64,000 bases of DNA. Source: Flavobacteriales bacterium. Its GTDB lineage: Bacteria; Bacteroidota; Bacteroidia; Flavobacteriales_F; PHOS-HE28. A program made the position numbers and the translations under genes. Shown here piece after piece: positions 1 to 9,708 of the stretch (the first letter of the stretch is position 1; the number at the start of each line of letters is the position of its first letter). The notes beneath the pieces are model-generated. The model ran no database searches. It had not been told where the DNA came from and saw nothing but the letters and a program-made list of their open reading frames with translations. The DNA lies in assembly GCA_041391845.1 (NCBI GenBank), contig JAWKNG010000008.1, positions 11,962-75,961 on the forward strand, read 5' to 3'.

Positions 1-167
1 CAGGCTGACCCTAATCAATGCCGGATACACCATCGCCCTGCATGTTCGGTCAGGCACGGCGGCACCGTCACTGACACAGGGCATCCCGGGGGACGACTCT
101 TCCAACGGCATGGGAGCAATGGTCCAACAAGGGATGGCCCCACCCCCTGTCATGGCCCGAGCCCAGG

Positions 168-1001
168 TCATTGTCCACCGGAGGCCCCCAATGGCAGCGC
201 CAGCAACGGGCAGCTGCAACGCCGCAATACCTGTTCGGTGGTGGTGCCGCGCAAGGCATCGAACGGTCCCTTGGGCCTGCGTGTACCGAACACCAGCAGA
301 TCGGCGTCCCTTCCAGCTTCCACCAAGGTGTCCACAACGGGGCCGATGAGCTGGAGCACGTGGGGTCGACCAGTTCCCCAAGATCCGGCCCGGGTGGCCG
401 TCCGTATGTGGACCATGTTGATGATCGAAGGGTCGGATACGTTCAGTGGAACGGCCATCAGACCCTTCAACAAGGGCTCGCTGTCCTCGGGGCGCTCCAC
501 CGCCAGAACAACGCGTTTGAACGCCCGCCCATCGCCTGTTGCGGGATCCAACCACCCTGCGCAATCCTCGGGAAAGAAGAGCACGGGCAGGGCGGTGCTT
601 CGCCGTATCTCCTCTCCGACCGAGCGCTCTTGCCACCGTACCCGACCTTCATGCCGATGTGTATGAAGCACGACCAGGTCAGCGGGATGCCTTGTCAGGT
701 GGTGGGCGCAGGCGCTTATGGGGTCCCGGTCCCGGGAGAGGATCTTGCGCACTGCCATGCCTCTTGAGCGCAGGTCCTCCTCCTCGCGTCCGGGGCTGGT
801 CCATCCCCATGTGCTCAAGGTGGATCGAACGCTTGGTAATTCTTCCCGAAGGACCTGGTCAGAGCCCGCCACATGCATGATCGTGAGCTTCGTCCCCAGG
901 GACCAGGCCATGGCCACCGCATGCTGAAACGCGGTCTTGCTGCTCAGCGAAAGATCGGTGGGGTGGAAGATGTGTTGGTGCGGTCGTCGTTCCTGTTCCA
1001 T
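168..1001 (-). CDS. universal stress protein, tandem UspA domains
   Basis: 277-aa ORF with two Usp-like halves (…LVVLHTHRHEG… / …DLLVFGTRR…) and Usp-type ATP-binding glycine motifs. Confidence 0.65.
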   Translation of the reverse strand: MEQERRPHQHIFHPTDLSLSSKTAFQHAVAMAWSLGTKLTIMHVAGSDQVLREELPSVRSTLSTWGWTSPGREEEDLRSRGMAVRKILSRDRDPISACAHHLTRHPADLVVLHTHRHEGRVRWQERSVGEEIRRSTALPVLFFPEDCAGWLDPATGDGRAFKRVVLAVERPEDSEPLLKGLMAVPLNVSDPSIINMVHIRTATRAGSWGTGRPHVLQLIGPVVDTLVEAGRDADLLVFGTRRPKGPFDALRGTTTEQVLRRCSCPLLALPLGASGGQ

Positions 1002-1164
1002 GGTGCAACATCGGTGATCCGTTGGGGGCGGTACCTAACGAAAGTCGATCGGGGAGGCCGTTTTTCAGCATTTGAAGGGATCCATTACATTTGCAGCCCC
1101 GATGACCGAACGCGGTGGGAATGTTCCCGGCCCGTCGATGCGTGTCTGGGGAGATTGAGATCTT

Positions 1165-1239
<75 letters not shown>

Positions 1240-1387
1240 ACAGAGCCGTCCGAATGGGCGGCTTTGTCGTTCCAAGGAGTTCTGTGAAGCTGCCTGGGAG
1301 CAGGGTAGGCCGCCGGTGGCCCGGCGAGGGTACGAACATGAACACGAACGGCCCCTATGGGGCCGTCGATCTCAGCAGGGATCATGC

Positions 1388-1615
1388 TCAGGGCTTCTTC
1401 TTCTTCCTGCGCCCTTCGCCGTCGTTCAGGTCATCGCCATCATCACTGATGGAACCGGAGCCGTCAGCTGGATCGGTCACGCCATCCTCGTTGGCACCTT
1501 TGTGGAACGCACCTTCCACACCAGTCCCAGCGCCTGCCATGGGCGACACCACCTCCTCTTTCGAGCAAGATGCCAGCAACAGGCTTATCAGGACTATTTG
1601 GAGCAACGAGCGCAT
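1388..1615 (-). CDS. small acidic lipoprotein (hypothetical)
   Basis: Internal Met followed by MRSLLQIVLISLLLASC, a lipobox; acidic Gly/Asp-rich body ending KKKKP; high coding GC. Confidence 0.4.
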   Translation of the reverse strand: MRSLLQIVLISLLLASCSKEEVVSPMAGAGTGVEGAFHKGANEDGVTDPADGSGSISDDGDDLNDGEGRRKKKKP

Positions 1616-1692
1616 GGCGGTCTGGTACAGAATACAAGCCAAATGTAATACGCCCCAAGGCCAAAAGCAAGTGCCGTGAAGCGAACGGTTCG

Positions 1693-4680
1693 TCAAGCTG
1701 GAAGTTCCACGCTCACCCGGGTACCTCGCAGGGAGGGGTCGGCATCCATGGAACGGGGCTCCGGGCCTTGGATGCGGATGTCGCTGAGGTCCAGTTTTCG
1801 AAGGACATCAGCCCGCCCTTTCGTGATCTCGATGCCGCGGGAGATATGGTCCGAAGGGCTGCCCTCCTTTCTGCGCAAGCTTTGTTCAAGCCCCACCCCA
1901 TCATCCTCAATGATGACACGGACCCTGCCCGGGCCGGAGGGCTCCACACGGATGACCACTTCACCTTGGACGTCCATGGGAAGGATGCCGTGCCAGATGC
2001 TGTTCTCCACATAGGGTTGCAACATCATGGCGGGTAGTTGCACATGGCGGGTGTCCACTTCAGGTGCCACCTCGATGCGATAGCGGAACTTGTCCTTGAA
2101 GCGCATGTGCTCAAGTGTCAGGTAGAGTTCCAGCCGTTCGAGCTCCTCGGCAAGGGAGGTGGTGTCGTTCTGGCTTGCATCAAGGTTCTTGCGGATGAGT
2201 TTGGCGAAGCTCGTCAGGTACCTGCTGGCGGTGATGCGGTCCTGTTTGTTGATGTGGTATTGGATGCTGTTGAGCGCGTTGAACACGAAGTGGCGGTTCA
2301 TGTTGGCGTTGAGCGCCTGCTGTTCCAATTGCAGCATGCGCGATCGCAGCATCAATTGGCGTGTCCGTTCGTGGCGCTGCCGGATGGCCTGGCGGTACAG
2401 ATGGATGCCCCAGGCGGCGGTGATGGCCAACACGGCGCACACAAGGAAGAACCACCACTGGAGCCAGTAGGGCCGTTCAATATCAAAGCTGAAGCGGGCG
2501 GGTTCGCTCCAATTCGCTCCGTCGATGGTCGCCGCCACTTCGAAGGTGTAGGTGCCGTGGCTAAGGTTGCTGTAGCTGGCGAAACGCGCATCAGTGGCGG
2601 GCAGCCAGTCCTGGTCATAGCCCACCAGTCGGTAGCGGTATCGGACCTCCGCAGGATCGGCCAGGCTGATGCCAACGTAGTCGAACGTCAGGTAGTTCCG
2701 ACGGTATGCCAGCTTCAGTCCCACCGGCAGGCCGTTCTGGTCCGTGCCTTTGCTCTGGTCCCTCCAATCGGTGCGCTGCAGGAACGAGCGAAGGGCCGTC
2801 AGGTGTACCACCGGCGGGTCGACGCTCCGATGTCCATCCCCGGCACGTTCCCTGTACATGACAAGCCCCCCGGTGCTTCCGAAGAAGAGCCGGCCCTGTT
2901 CATCAAGGTGCGAGGCGTTGAGGTTGAACTCGAGGCTGCGAAGCCCTTGTGCATTGCCGAAGTGACGCATCTTCATCGAGCCATCGAACAGCTCGTCCGG
3001 ATCGAAATGGTAGAGCCCGTTGTTCGTGCCCACCCACAACCGGCCGTCACCGTCCGACCGGAGGAGGTCGATGAAGTTGCTTCCGAAATCGTCCGCGGGC
3101 CGCACCGTCGTGAACGACTTTCCGTTCCAGCAGGAAAGGCCATTGGTCGTGCCGATCCAAAGTCTTCCTTGGCCATCCAAGCAAAGAGCCTGGACGGTAT
3201 TGTCGCAGAGCCCCTCCTTGGTGGTCCAACGGTCGGTGCGGCCGTTCTGAAGGCGGTAGAGCCCGTTCTCTGACGCGAGCCACAGCGCCCCGCTGGCATC
3301 GCTGGTGATGCAACGGATGGAGCGTCCAATGGCGCCGGATGAGGCATCGAGGACATCCAGGCTGCCATCGCGGCCGATCCGGGCAAGACCATCGCGCATG
3401 CCGCACCAGAGCGTGCCATCACTGGTCAGGTGTAGCGACAGGATGCGTTGATCGGCCAGGCTGTCGAGGAATGGCAGTTCCTGCACCACACCGTTCACCA
3501 CACATGCCAGGCCGCCACTGGTGCCGAACCACAATCGGCCCATATCATCCTTCGATCCGCACCATACCGTATTGTTCGGCAATCCATCGAAGGTGGTGAT
3601 CTGCGCCATGCCGTCCATGCGGCACACGCCGTTGTCATAGGTGCCCAGCCATATGTCGCCGTCCGCGTCCGTGGTCATGTTCATGACCAGGTCACTGCAT
3701 AGGCCATCCTTCAGGGTGAAGGTCACGAAACGCTCTCCCGCGTAGCGCAGGAAACCAGCGCCATCCGTGCCGAACCACAGGTCACCATTGCGGTCCTGGA
3801 AGGCGGCGGTGATATTGTCGTTGGGCATTCCCTGGTGCACGGTGAAGACCCGCATGCGTCCTTCCTCCAACAGGTTCAGCCCGAACTTGCTGCCGACCCA
3901 GACCCGGTCCCGGTCATCCACCAGCACGCAGCGAACATGGTCGAGCAGTAGTCCGCTCTCTTCGTCGAAATGACGCTGACCGGATACCTCGCTCAGGTGG
4001 TACAGCCCATGCGAACTGGTGCCCACCCACCAGCTTCCATCCTGCGCCTCGGCCAATGCTGTCACCGTGCGCGGTGTGCCATTGCCCAAGGCTACCGAAC
4101 GGGCTGTTCCGTTGCTTTGGTGGATCAATCCCGTACGTGTGCCGATCAACAGGGAGCCATCACGCAACGCCAGCAGGCAGCGCACGTAAGCCGCGGTGTC
4201 CATCGGGTATCCCGGTAGCGGTCGGATACCCGTGCTGTCGCGCACGAAGCACCCGCCACCATCGGTCCCTACCACGAGCCGGTCGCCTGTGGCCGCAAGG
4301 CCTTGTATTCGGGATCCGCGTGCAGCGGGTGGGAGGGCTTCCACATGAATGACCGTGCCGTTGCGGCTGACCAGGTGCGATCCAGCTCCCATCCATAGGG
4401 TGCCGTCCTGTGCGGTCGCCATGGCGCTTATCTGGGCATCGGGCACGCCCTCCTGCAGGGCGAGGTTCATGAACACGAGCCCGTCGAAACGACTGGCGCC
4501 GCCCAACGTGCCGAACCAAAGGAATCCTTTTCCATCCTGGGCGATGCAGCGCACCTGGCTCTGGGCAAGACCATCGGCGGGTGTCCACTGAAGGAACCCA
4601 TACTGCTGCGCATGAAGGAGGGGTGCAACTGCAGCGGAAAGCAGCAGGACGAACTGGCGCAGGATCGTGCGCGGGTGCAC
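1693..4680 (-). CDS. sensor histidine kinase: periplasmic two-component-regulator beta-propeller repeats plus Y_Y_Y, then TM, then LytS/YehU-type His_kinase and HATPase
   Basis: 995 aa. Repeated G(T)xxGLxxFDG propeller motifs, a TM helix (WWFFLVCAVLAITAAW), and the …RHFVFNALNSIQYHI… motif that is diagnostic of pfam06580-type kinases. Confidence 0.8.
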   Translation of the reverse strand: MHPRTILRQFVLLLSAAVAPLLHAQQYGFLQWTPADGLAQSQVRCIAQDGKGFLWFGTLGGASRFDGLVFMNLALQEGVPDAQISAMATAQDGTLWMGAGSHLVSRNGTVIHVEALPPAARGSRIQGLAATGDRLVVGTDGGGCFVRDSTGIRPLPGYPMDTAAYVRCLLALRDGSLLIGTRTGLIHQSNGTARSVALGNGTPRTVTALAEAQDGSWWVGTSSHGLYHLSEVSGQRHFDEESGLLLDHVRCVLVDDRDRVWVGSKFGLNLLEEGRMRVFTVHQGMPNDNITAAFQDRNGDLWFGTDGAGFLRYAGERFVTFTLKDGLCSDLVMNMTTDADGDIWLGTYDNGVCRMDGMAQITTFDGLPNNTVWCGSKDDMGRLWFGTSGGLACVVNGVVQELPFLDSLADQRILSLHLTSDGTLWCGMRDGLARIGRDGSLDVLDASSGAIGRSIRCITSDASGALWLASENGLYRLQNGRTDRWTTKEGLCDNTVQALCLDGQGRLWIGTTNGLSCWNGKSFTTVRPADDFGSNFIDLLRSDGDGRLWVGTNNGLYHFDPDELFDGSMKMRHFGNAQGLRSLEFNLNASHLDEQGRLFFGSTGGLVMYRERAGDGHRSVDPPVVHLTALRSFLQRTDWRDQSKGTDQNGLPVGLKLAYRRNYLTFDYVGISLADPAEVRYRYRLVGYDQDWLPATDARFASYSNLSHGTYTFEVAATIDGANWSEPARFSFDIERPYWLQWWFFLVCAVLAITAAWGIHLYRQAIRQRHERTRQLMLRSRMLQLEQQALNANMNRHFVFNALNSIQYHINKQDRITASRYLTSFAKLIRKNLDASQNDTTSLAEELERLELYLTLEHMRFKDKFRYRIEVAPEVDTRHVQLPAMMLQPYVENSIWHGILPMDVQGEVVIRVEPSGPGRVRVIIEDDGVGLEQSLRRKEGSPSDHISRGIEITKGRADVLRKLDLSDIRIQGPEPRSMDADPSLRGTRVSVELPA

Positions 4681-4682
4681 GT

Positions 4683-5435
4683 TCAGAACGTATTGATAAG
4701 GCCCAGGAAATCCGGGAGCCTGCGTCGTGAAACGGGGATCAGCGTGCCATTGTCAAGGACCGCCATGTTCCCCTCGGCCCGATTGAACCCCTTCAGGTGG
4801 GCCAGGTTGATGATGTACGATTTATGGACCCGGAAGAAGGACTTCGGGTCAAGGTTGTTCTCGAACACGCGGATGTGCTTGCTGCTCACGCTCCGCTTGC
4901 CGTCCAGCAAGTGGATCGTTGTGTAGCTGTCGTTCGCCTCGAGATAAAGGATGTCCTCATGCTTGAGCAGGACCAATCCATCGCGCCCGGGTATCGCCAG
5001 GCGCGAGCTGAGCGGGGAAGCCGGGTCCTTCATGAGGGCGGCGATGGCGGAAGGTTGTCCGGAGCCGAGTTCATCGCTCATCCGCTGCATTTTCTTCACA
5101 GCGCGCTGGAGCTCTTCAGCATCGATCGGCTTCTCCAAGTAATCGAGCGCGTTCTGCTTGAACGCCTGCAGTGCATATTCATCATACGCCGTGGTGAACA
5201 CCACCGGCAGGTCCAGCTCGGCAATGGAGGCCAGCAGGGAGAAGCCGTCCTCACCGGGCATTTTGATGTCAAGGAACAGGCCGTTGGGCTGCAACTCTTG
5301 GATGCGTTGCCGCGCTTCAGCTGCACTGCCAGCCTGTCCAGCCACTTGTACGTCCGGGCAGAACTCCTCCAACATCAGACGCAGGTTGTCACGAGCGTCC
5401 GCTTCATCGTCCACGATCAGAACTCGGAGGGCCAT
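4683..5435 (-). CDS. LytTR-family response regulator (REC + LytTR DNA-binding)
   Basis: MALRVLIVDDEADARDNL…DIKMPGEDG is a receiver domain; the C-terminal LytTR part reads …SYTTIHLLDGKRSVSSKHI…. Start set at the internal ATG at 5435. Directly downstream of the kinase, with a 2-bp gap. Confidence 0.85.
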   Translation of the reverse strand: MALRVLIVDDEADARDNLRLMLEEFCPDVQVAGQAGSAAEARQRIQELQPNGLFLDIKMPGEDGFSLLASIAELDLPVVFTTAYDEYALQAFKQNALDYLEKPIDAEELQRAVKKMQRMSDELGSGQPSAIAALMKDPASPLSSRLAIPGRDGLVLLKHEDILYLEANDSYTTIHLLDGKRSVSSKHIRVFENNLDPKSFFRVHKSYIINLAHLKGFNRAEGNMAVLDNGTLIPVSRRRLPDFLGLINTF

Positions 5436-5858
5436 GGCTTCGGGGTTTGGCGAAAAGATAGGGTGTGTGGCCGTACCCCGGCGGATCGATGGGCCAACGG
5501 AGCGATCAAGACAGGGAAAGGCAGGAAGGGTCGCCACCTGACAAGGGTGGTCATCAGCGGTTCAGCCGCTCACTTGGTGACGGACACCGTTGCTCGTTCA
5601 TCGCTCGACAGCCACCAGGCTGCTGCACTAGTTTGGCGGAACAGTAACGGACCCAAACCCCTCGTAGCCATGGAACGTTCGAATAACACGACCCGGCGCC
5701 TCCGGCTCTGGATCTTCCTCGATCAAGGCGGTTAGTGTATTGGTTGGTTCGGTCTTTTTGGTTTGGTGGTGGGGCCTGGTCCGCAGCAATGTGGATCGGG
5801 CCCTTGGTTTTGCAACCCTCGCGAACGATCTGCGTAGAACAGGGCAACCACCACCACC

Positions 5859-6116
5859 ATGGAACAGGACAAGCTGCACATACGCCTGCGCATCGACCAG
5901 CTCGAGCGCCTGCTGATGTTCGACTATGAGCCGGGTTGTGAGGATGCCCTTTTTGACATTTGTGATGACAGAGGCAACATCCTGAAGACCGGCGAAGTGA
6001 ATGGGCCAGTGACCCGTGTGCGCGTTACGGATCTCCAGGGCGAGGACTTCTACCTGATGGTCCTTGACGGGGAGTCGTCCATGGTGCAGCCCTTTCAGCT
6101 CCGCCGCGTCGCTTGA
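5859..6116 (+). CDS. hypothetical small protein
   Basis: 85-aa ORF in an otherwise empty intergenic region, followed by a hairpin terminator; no recognisable domain. Confidence 0.3.
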   Translation: MEQDKLHIRLRIDQLERLLMFDYEPGCEDALFDICDDRGNILKTGEVNGPVTRVRVTDLQGEDFYLMVLDGESSMVQPFQLRRVA

Positions 6117-6286
6117 CCAGTGCAGTGCCGATCATTCCCATGTCCCATGCGTTGATCGCGGATGGCGCAGTGCTTTAGCATGACGAATATGGACAGGTGT
6201 GACGTACGCACGTCCATGGTGGACGGCACCCGGCCTGATCAGGTGCAGGTGGTGTAACAGGTGAAGTGAACGGAACACGTTCAACG

Positions 6287-6316
6287 GAAAAGCCCCTCGG
6301 ACTTCGAGGGGCTTTT
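6287..6316. terminator. bidirectional rho-independent terminator hairpin
   Basis: GAAAAGCCCCTCG-gact-TCGAGGGGCTTTTCC forms a perfect 12-bp GC-rich stem with A/T runs on both sides, between convergent genes. Confidence 0.7.
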
Positions 6317-6344
6317 CCGTTCGGACGAATTCGTCAGCACCGTC

Positions 6345-6671
6345 TCAGGCTTCCTCGGTCCTGCGGCCCTGAGGGATGAGGAACCACGCCGCGCAGGTGG
6401 TGAGCCCCAGTAGCAATAGCATGTTCGCTCCAGGCCAGTGCATGATCTTGAACGATCCGCCGGTGATCACAGCGATAATTGCCCCGATGAGCATGGCAGG
6501 GTATTGCAGCTGCACGATCATCGGTCCGGACTTGCGGAACAGAAGCATCGAAAGCGTCACGATGGTGAGCACGCCGGTGATGAGCAGGATGTAGCTCGCA
6601 CCCGGCCAGTGCAGGGTCTTGAAGAGGATCCCGAGGATGAAACCGGCGATGGCGATGGATCGGATGTACAT
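6345..6671 (-). CDS. small integral membrane protein (internally duplicated, HWPGA motif twice)
   Basis: 108 aa starting MYIRSIAIAGFILGILFKTLHWPGAS…, with a second half …FKIMHWPGANMLLLLGL…. Four predicted TM helices. The upstream extension of the listed ORF is an artefact. Confidence 0.55.
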   Translation of the reverse strand: MYIRSIAIAGFILGILFKTLHWPGASYILLITGVLTIVTLSMLLFRKSGPMIVQLQYPAMLIGAIIAVITGGSFKIMHWPGANMLLLLGLTTCAAWFLIPQGRRTEEA

Positions 6672-6811
6672 GGTGATGGTGTTTGAAGCGTGAATGCAGT
6701 AGAGTCGCTTTCGTAACGCTGGTTCCATTCGCCCCGAACCAACACCATTTCCAATGGAACCGGATGGTCCTCCATTCGCGTTCATCGGCATCCTTTCCGG
6801 AGCGGATCGAC

Positions 6812-8116
6812 CTACGCCACCACCCGCTTCACATTCATCAACTCCTCCACCGCCTCGGCCTCCACGGGAATGTCCGCGAACAGATCGATCGGGTTGTCGC
6901 GGGTCACAAGGATGTCGTTCTCCAAGCGGATGCCCAGCTTCTCCTCGCGGATGTAGATGCCCGGCTCCACGGTGAAGACCATGTCCGGCTGGATCATCTC
7001 GTTCCACAGGCCCACGTCGTGCACGTCGAGGCCCAGGAAGTGGCTGGTGCCGTGCATGAAGTACTTCTTGTACAGCGGTCGTTCGGGGTCCTGCTTGGCC
7101 ACGTCGGTCTTGTTCAGCAGGCCCAGGCCGATCAACTCGCTTTCCATGATCCTGCCCACTTCCTTGTGGTAGTCGGCCAGCAACGTTCCGGGACGCAGCA
7201 GCTGTGTGGCCTCGTTCTTCACGCGCAGCACCGCGTTGTACACCGCGCGCTGGCGGTCGGTGAAGCGGCCGTTCACAGGGATGCACCGCGTGAGGTCGCT
7301 CGCATAGCCGCCGTACTCGCAGCCGAAGTCCATCAGGATCACTTCGCCGTCGTTGCACACCATGTCGTTGGTGATGTAGTGCAGCACGCAGGCGTTGTAG
7401 CCGCTGGCGATGATGGGCGTGTAGGCATGGCCGCGCGAGCCGTTGCGCACGAACTCATGCGTGATCTCCGCCTCGATCTCGTACTCCTTCACCCCGGGCC
7501 TCACGAAGCCGCACACGCGCTCGAAGGCCTTGCCCGTGATCGCGATCGCGCGCTTCATCTGCGCCACTTCCTCCGCAGTTTTACGCGAGCGGATGCGGTG
7601 CATGATGGGCGCGGTGCGCTTCACACTGTGCAGCGGGTATTGCGCGCGCAGCTCCTTGTTCTTGCGGTCCTCGCGCGTCTCCACCTCGTTGTGCTGCCGC
7701 AGGTGCTCGTTGCTGTTCAGGTACAGGTGCTCGCACTGCGGCACCAAGCGCTTGATCGTGGCCTCGTAGCTGCTCGTCCACAGCACCGTAGCGATGCCGC
7801 TCAGCTCGCTCGCTTCCTTCTGCGAGAACTTGGCGCCCTCCCAGATCGCGATCAGCTCGCTGGTCTCACGCACGAAGAGGATCTCCCGGTCCTTCGGGTC
7901 CACCGCATCGGGGAAGAGCAGCAGGATCGTCTCCTCCTGATCGATGCCGCTGAGGTAAAAGATGTCGCTGGCCTGCTTGAACGGCATGTGCCCATCGGCA
8001 CTGGTGGGCATGATATCGTTGCTGTGGAACACGGCCAGGCCGCCTTTCTCCAGGTGTTGGCGGAAGCGGGCGCGGTGCTCGCGGTAGGTGGCGGCAGATA
8101 GGGGGGTGTAGCGCAT
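6812..8116 (-). CDS. pepP: Xaa-Pro aminopeptidase (M24B family)
   Basis: 434 aa with the pita-bread metal-ligand regions (…DFGCEYGGYASDLTR…, …HGTSHFLGLDVHD…, …EPGIYIREE…). Confidence 0.85.
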   Translation of the reverse strand: MRYTPLSAATYREHRARFRQHLEKGGLAVFHSNDIMPTSADGHMPFKQASDIFYLSGIDQEETILLLFPDAVDPKDREILFVRETSELIAIWEGAKFSQKEASELSGIATVLWTSSYEATIKRLVPQCEHLYLNSNEHLRQHNEVETREDRKNKELRAQYPLHSVKRTAPIMHRIRSRKTAEEVAQMKRAIAITGKAFERVCGFVRPGVKEYEIEAEITHEFVRNGSRGHAYTPIIASGYNACVLHYITNDMVCNDGEVILMDFGCEYGGYASDLTRCIPVNGRFTDRQRAVYNAVLRVKNEATQLLRPGTLLADYHKEVGRIMESELIGLGLLNKTDVAKQDPERPLYKKYFMHGTSHFLGLDVHDVGLWNEMIQPDMVFTVEPGIYIREEKLGIRLENDILVTRDNPIDLFADIPVEAEAVEELMNVKRVVA

Positions 8117-8406
8117 GGTGCGAAGGTAGGATCAAGGCTCAAGACACAAGGCTCAAGCATCAAGGTAAAGCGGCCTTGTGACTTGGAACTTGAGTCTTGA
8201 GGATTGTGACTTGGATGTGGGCGTTCCGGCTCGCCCTTCGGCTCCGCGTTGCTCCGCTCAGGGTCTCGCCGTCGGGCCATGCGCTCGCAGTCCTCGCCTC
8301 CTTCGTCGGCTGTGGGCTACCCGCTGCTGTCCCTAACGCGAAATACCCGATCCGTCAGGGTGAAGACGATTGCACGCGATGCATAAGGTCGATCGACATT
8401 TGCCCC

Positions 8407-8835
8407 ATGCCCACCCCCAACAAGACCCACCGCACCACCGCCAGCGTTGCCGCCTTCATCGACAAGCACCCCAAGGAGCAGATGCGCAATGACAGCCGTG
8501 TCCTGATGGCCATGATGCAGGAGCTCACCGGTGAGGAGCCGCACATGTACGGGCCAAGCATCATCGGTTTCGGCACCTACCACTACACCTACGCCAGTGG
8601 TCATTCGGGCAGCGCGCCCCTGGCGGCGTTCGGTCCACGGAAGACGGAACTGGTGATCTACCTCTTGCCGGGGTTGCTCGAAAGCGAGCCCGAGTTGTTG
8701 GCTTCATTGGGTAAACACAAGTCGACAAAGGGCTGCGTATATGTGAAACGCCTGGCCGAGATCGACCAAAAGGTGCTCAAGGCCCTGCTGAAGCGGTCGA
8801 TCGCAGCTACGCGCAAGGCCTGGCCGCAGAAGTAG
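8407..8835 (+). CDS. DUF1801 (YdhG-like) domain protein
   Basis: MPTPNKTHRTTASVAAFIDKHPKEQ…GKHKSTKGCVYVKRLAEID…; the start is taken at the internal Met, and the upstream ORF extension lies in promoter DNA. Confidence 0.65.
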   Translation: MPTPNKTHRTTASVAAFIDKHPKEQMRNDSRVLMAMMQELTGEEPHMYGPSIIGFGTYHYTYASGHSGSAPLAAFGPRKTELVIYLLPGLLESEPELLASLGKHKSTKGCVYVKRLAEIDQKVLKALLKRSIAATRKAWPQK

Positions 8836-9018
8836 GCGCGTTGCCGGCCTTTTCCCTGCGCGACCGGGGGGCGGTCGCTGCCAAGTTCTTGATGCTGAGC
8901 GCATCTCAGATCAGAACGATTCTAAACAAGGAGTGGTCGTCGGTCATCTTCCGAGCCTGCGGGCCACCCCGTAAGTTTGCGGCCCGAACGAACATCATCC
9001 GTTCGCTGTTACAGAGAC

Positions 9019-9705
9019 ATGGCACGATCAGCTCTACTCGGTTCCTCACTTGCGAAGAAGTACTGGATGGCCCTGACGGGCCTTTTCCTTTCCATCTTCC
9101 TGATCGCCCACCTGGCCGGGAACCTGCAATTGCTGGACATGAGCCCCGAGGGCCAGCTGAAGTTCAATGAGTACGCCCGCTTCATGACCACCTTCCCCTT
9201 GGTGAAGGTGGTGAGCTACCTGCTCTACTTCAGTATCCTGTTCCACGCCTTCGATGGGTTCCTGCTCACCATCCAGAACCGCAAGGCGCGTCCGGTGAAG
9301 TATGCCTACGAGAAGCCCGGTGCCAACAGTGCGTGGTACGCCCGCCAGATGGCTCTGCTCGGCACGTTGATCCTGGTGTTCCTGGTGATCCACATGAAGC
9401 ATTTCTGGTTCGAGATGCACTTCGGTGAACTGCCCATGACGGTGGACAAGAACGGCGAGCCGTTGAAGGACCTCTATTCCGTGGTGGCCGCTGCCTTCAC
9501 CCAACTGTGGTACGTGGCCCTCTATGTGGTGATGATGGGTGTGCTCGCTTTCCACCTGTTGCACGGCTTCCAAAGTGCCTTCCAAAGCCTGGGCCTGAAC
9601 CACCCGCGCTATACGCCGATCATCAAGAACGTGGGCGTGTTCTTCGCCGTTGTCGTTCCCATCTTCTTCGCACTCATCCCCGTGTGGATGTTCATCAACG
9701 CCTGA
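9019..9705 (+). CDS. sdhC: succinate dehydrogenase / fumarate reductase cytochrome b subunit (Bacteroidetes type)
   Basis: Five-TM b-type cytochrome (…SSLAKKYWMALTGLFLSIFLIAHLAGNL…), immediately upstream of sdhA. Confidence 0.8.
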   Translation: MARSALLGSSLAKKYWMALTGLFLSIFLIAHLAGNLQLLDMSPEGQLKFNEYARFMTTFPLVKVVSYLLYFSILFHAFDGFLLTIQNRKARPVKYAYEKPGANSAWYARQMALLGTLILVFLVIHMKHFWFEMHFGELPMTVDKNGEPLKDLYSVVAAAFTQLWYVALYVVMMGVLAFHLLHGFQSAFQSLGLNHPRYTPIIKNVGVFFAVVVPIFFALIPVWMFINA

Positions 9706-9708
9706 CCC

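Noticed and set aside
110-767. Plus-strand ORFs 110-349, 171-767 and 238-666 overlapping the Usp gene
   Set aside because: They are antisense to and nested within the Usp CDS, with Arg/Pro/Ser-rich artefactual translations.
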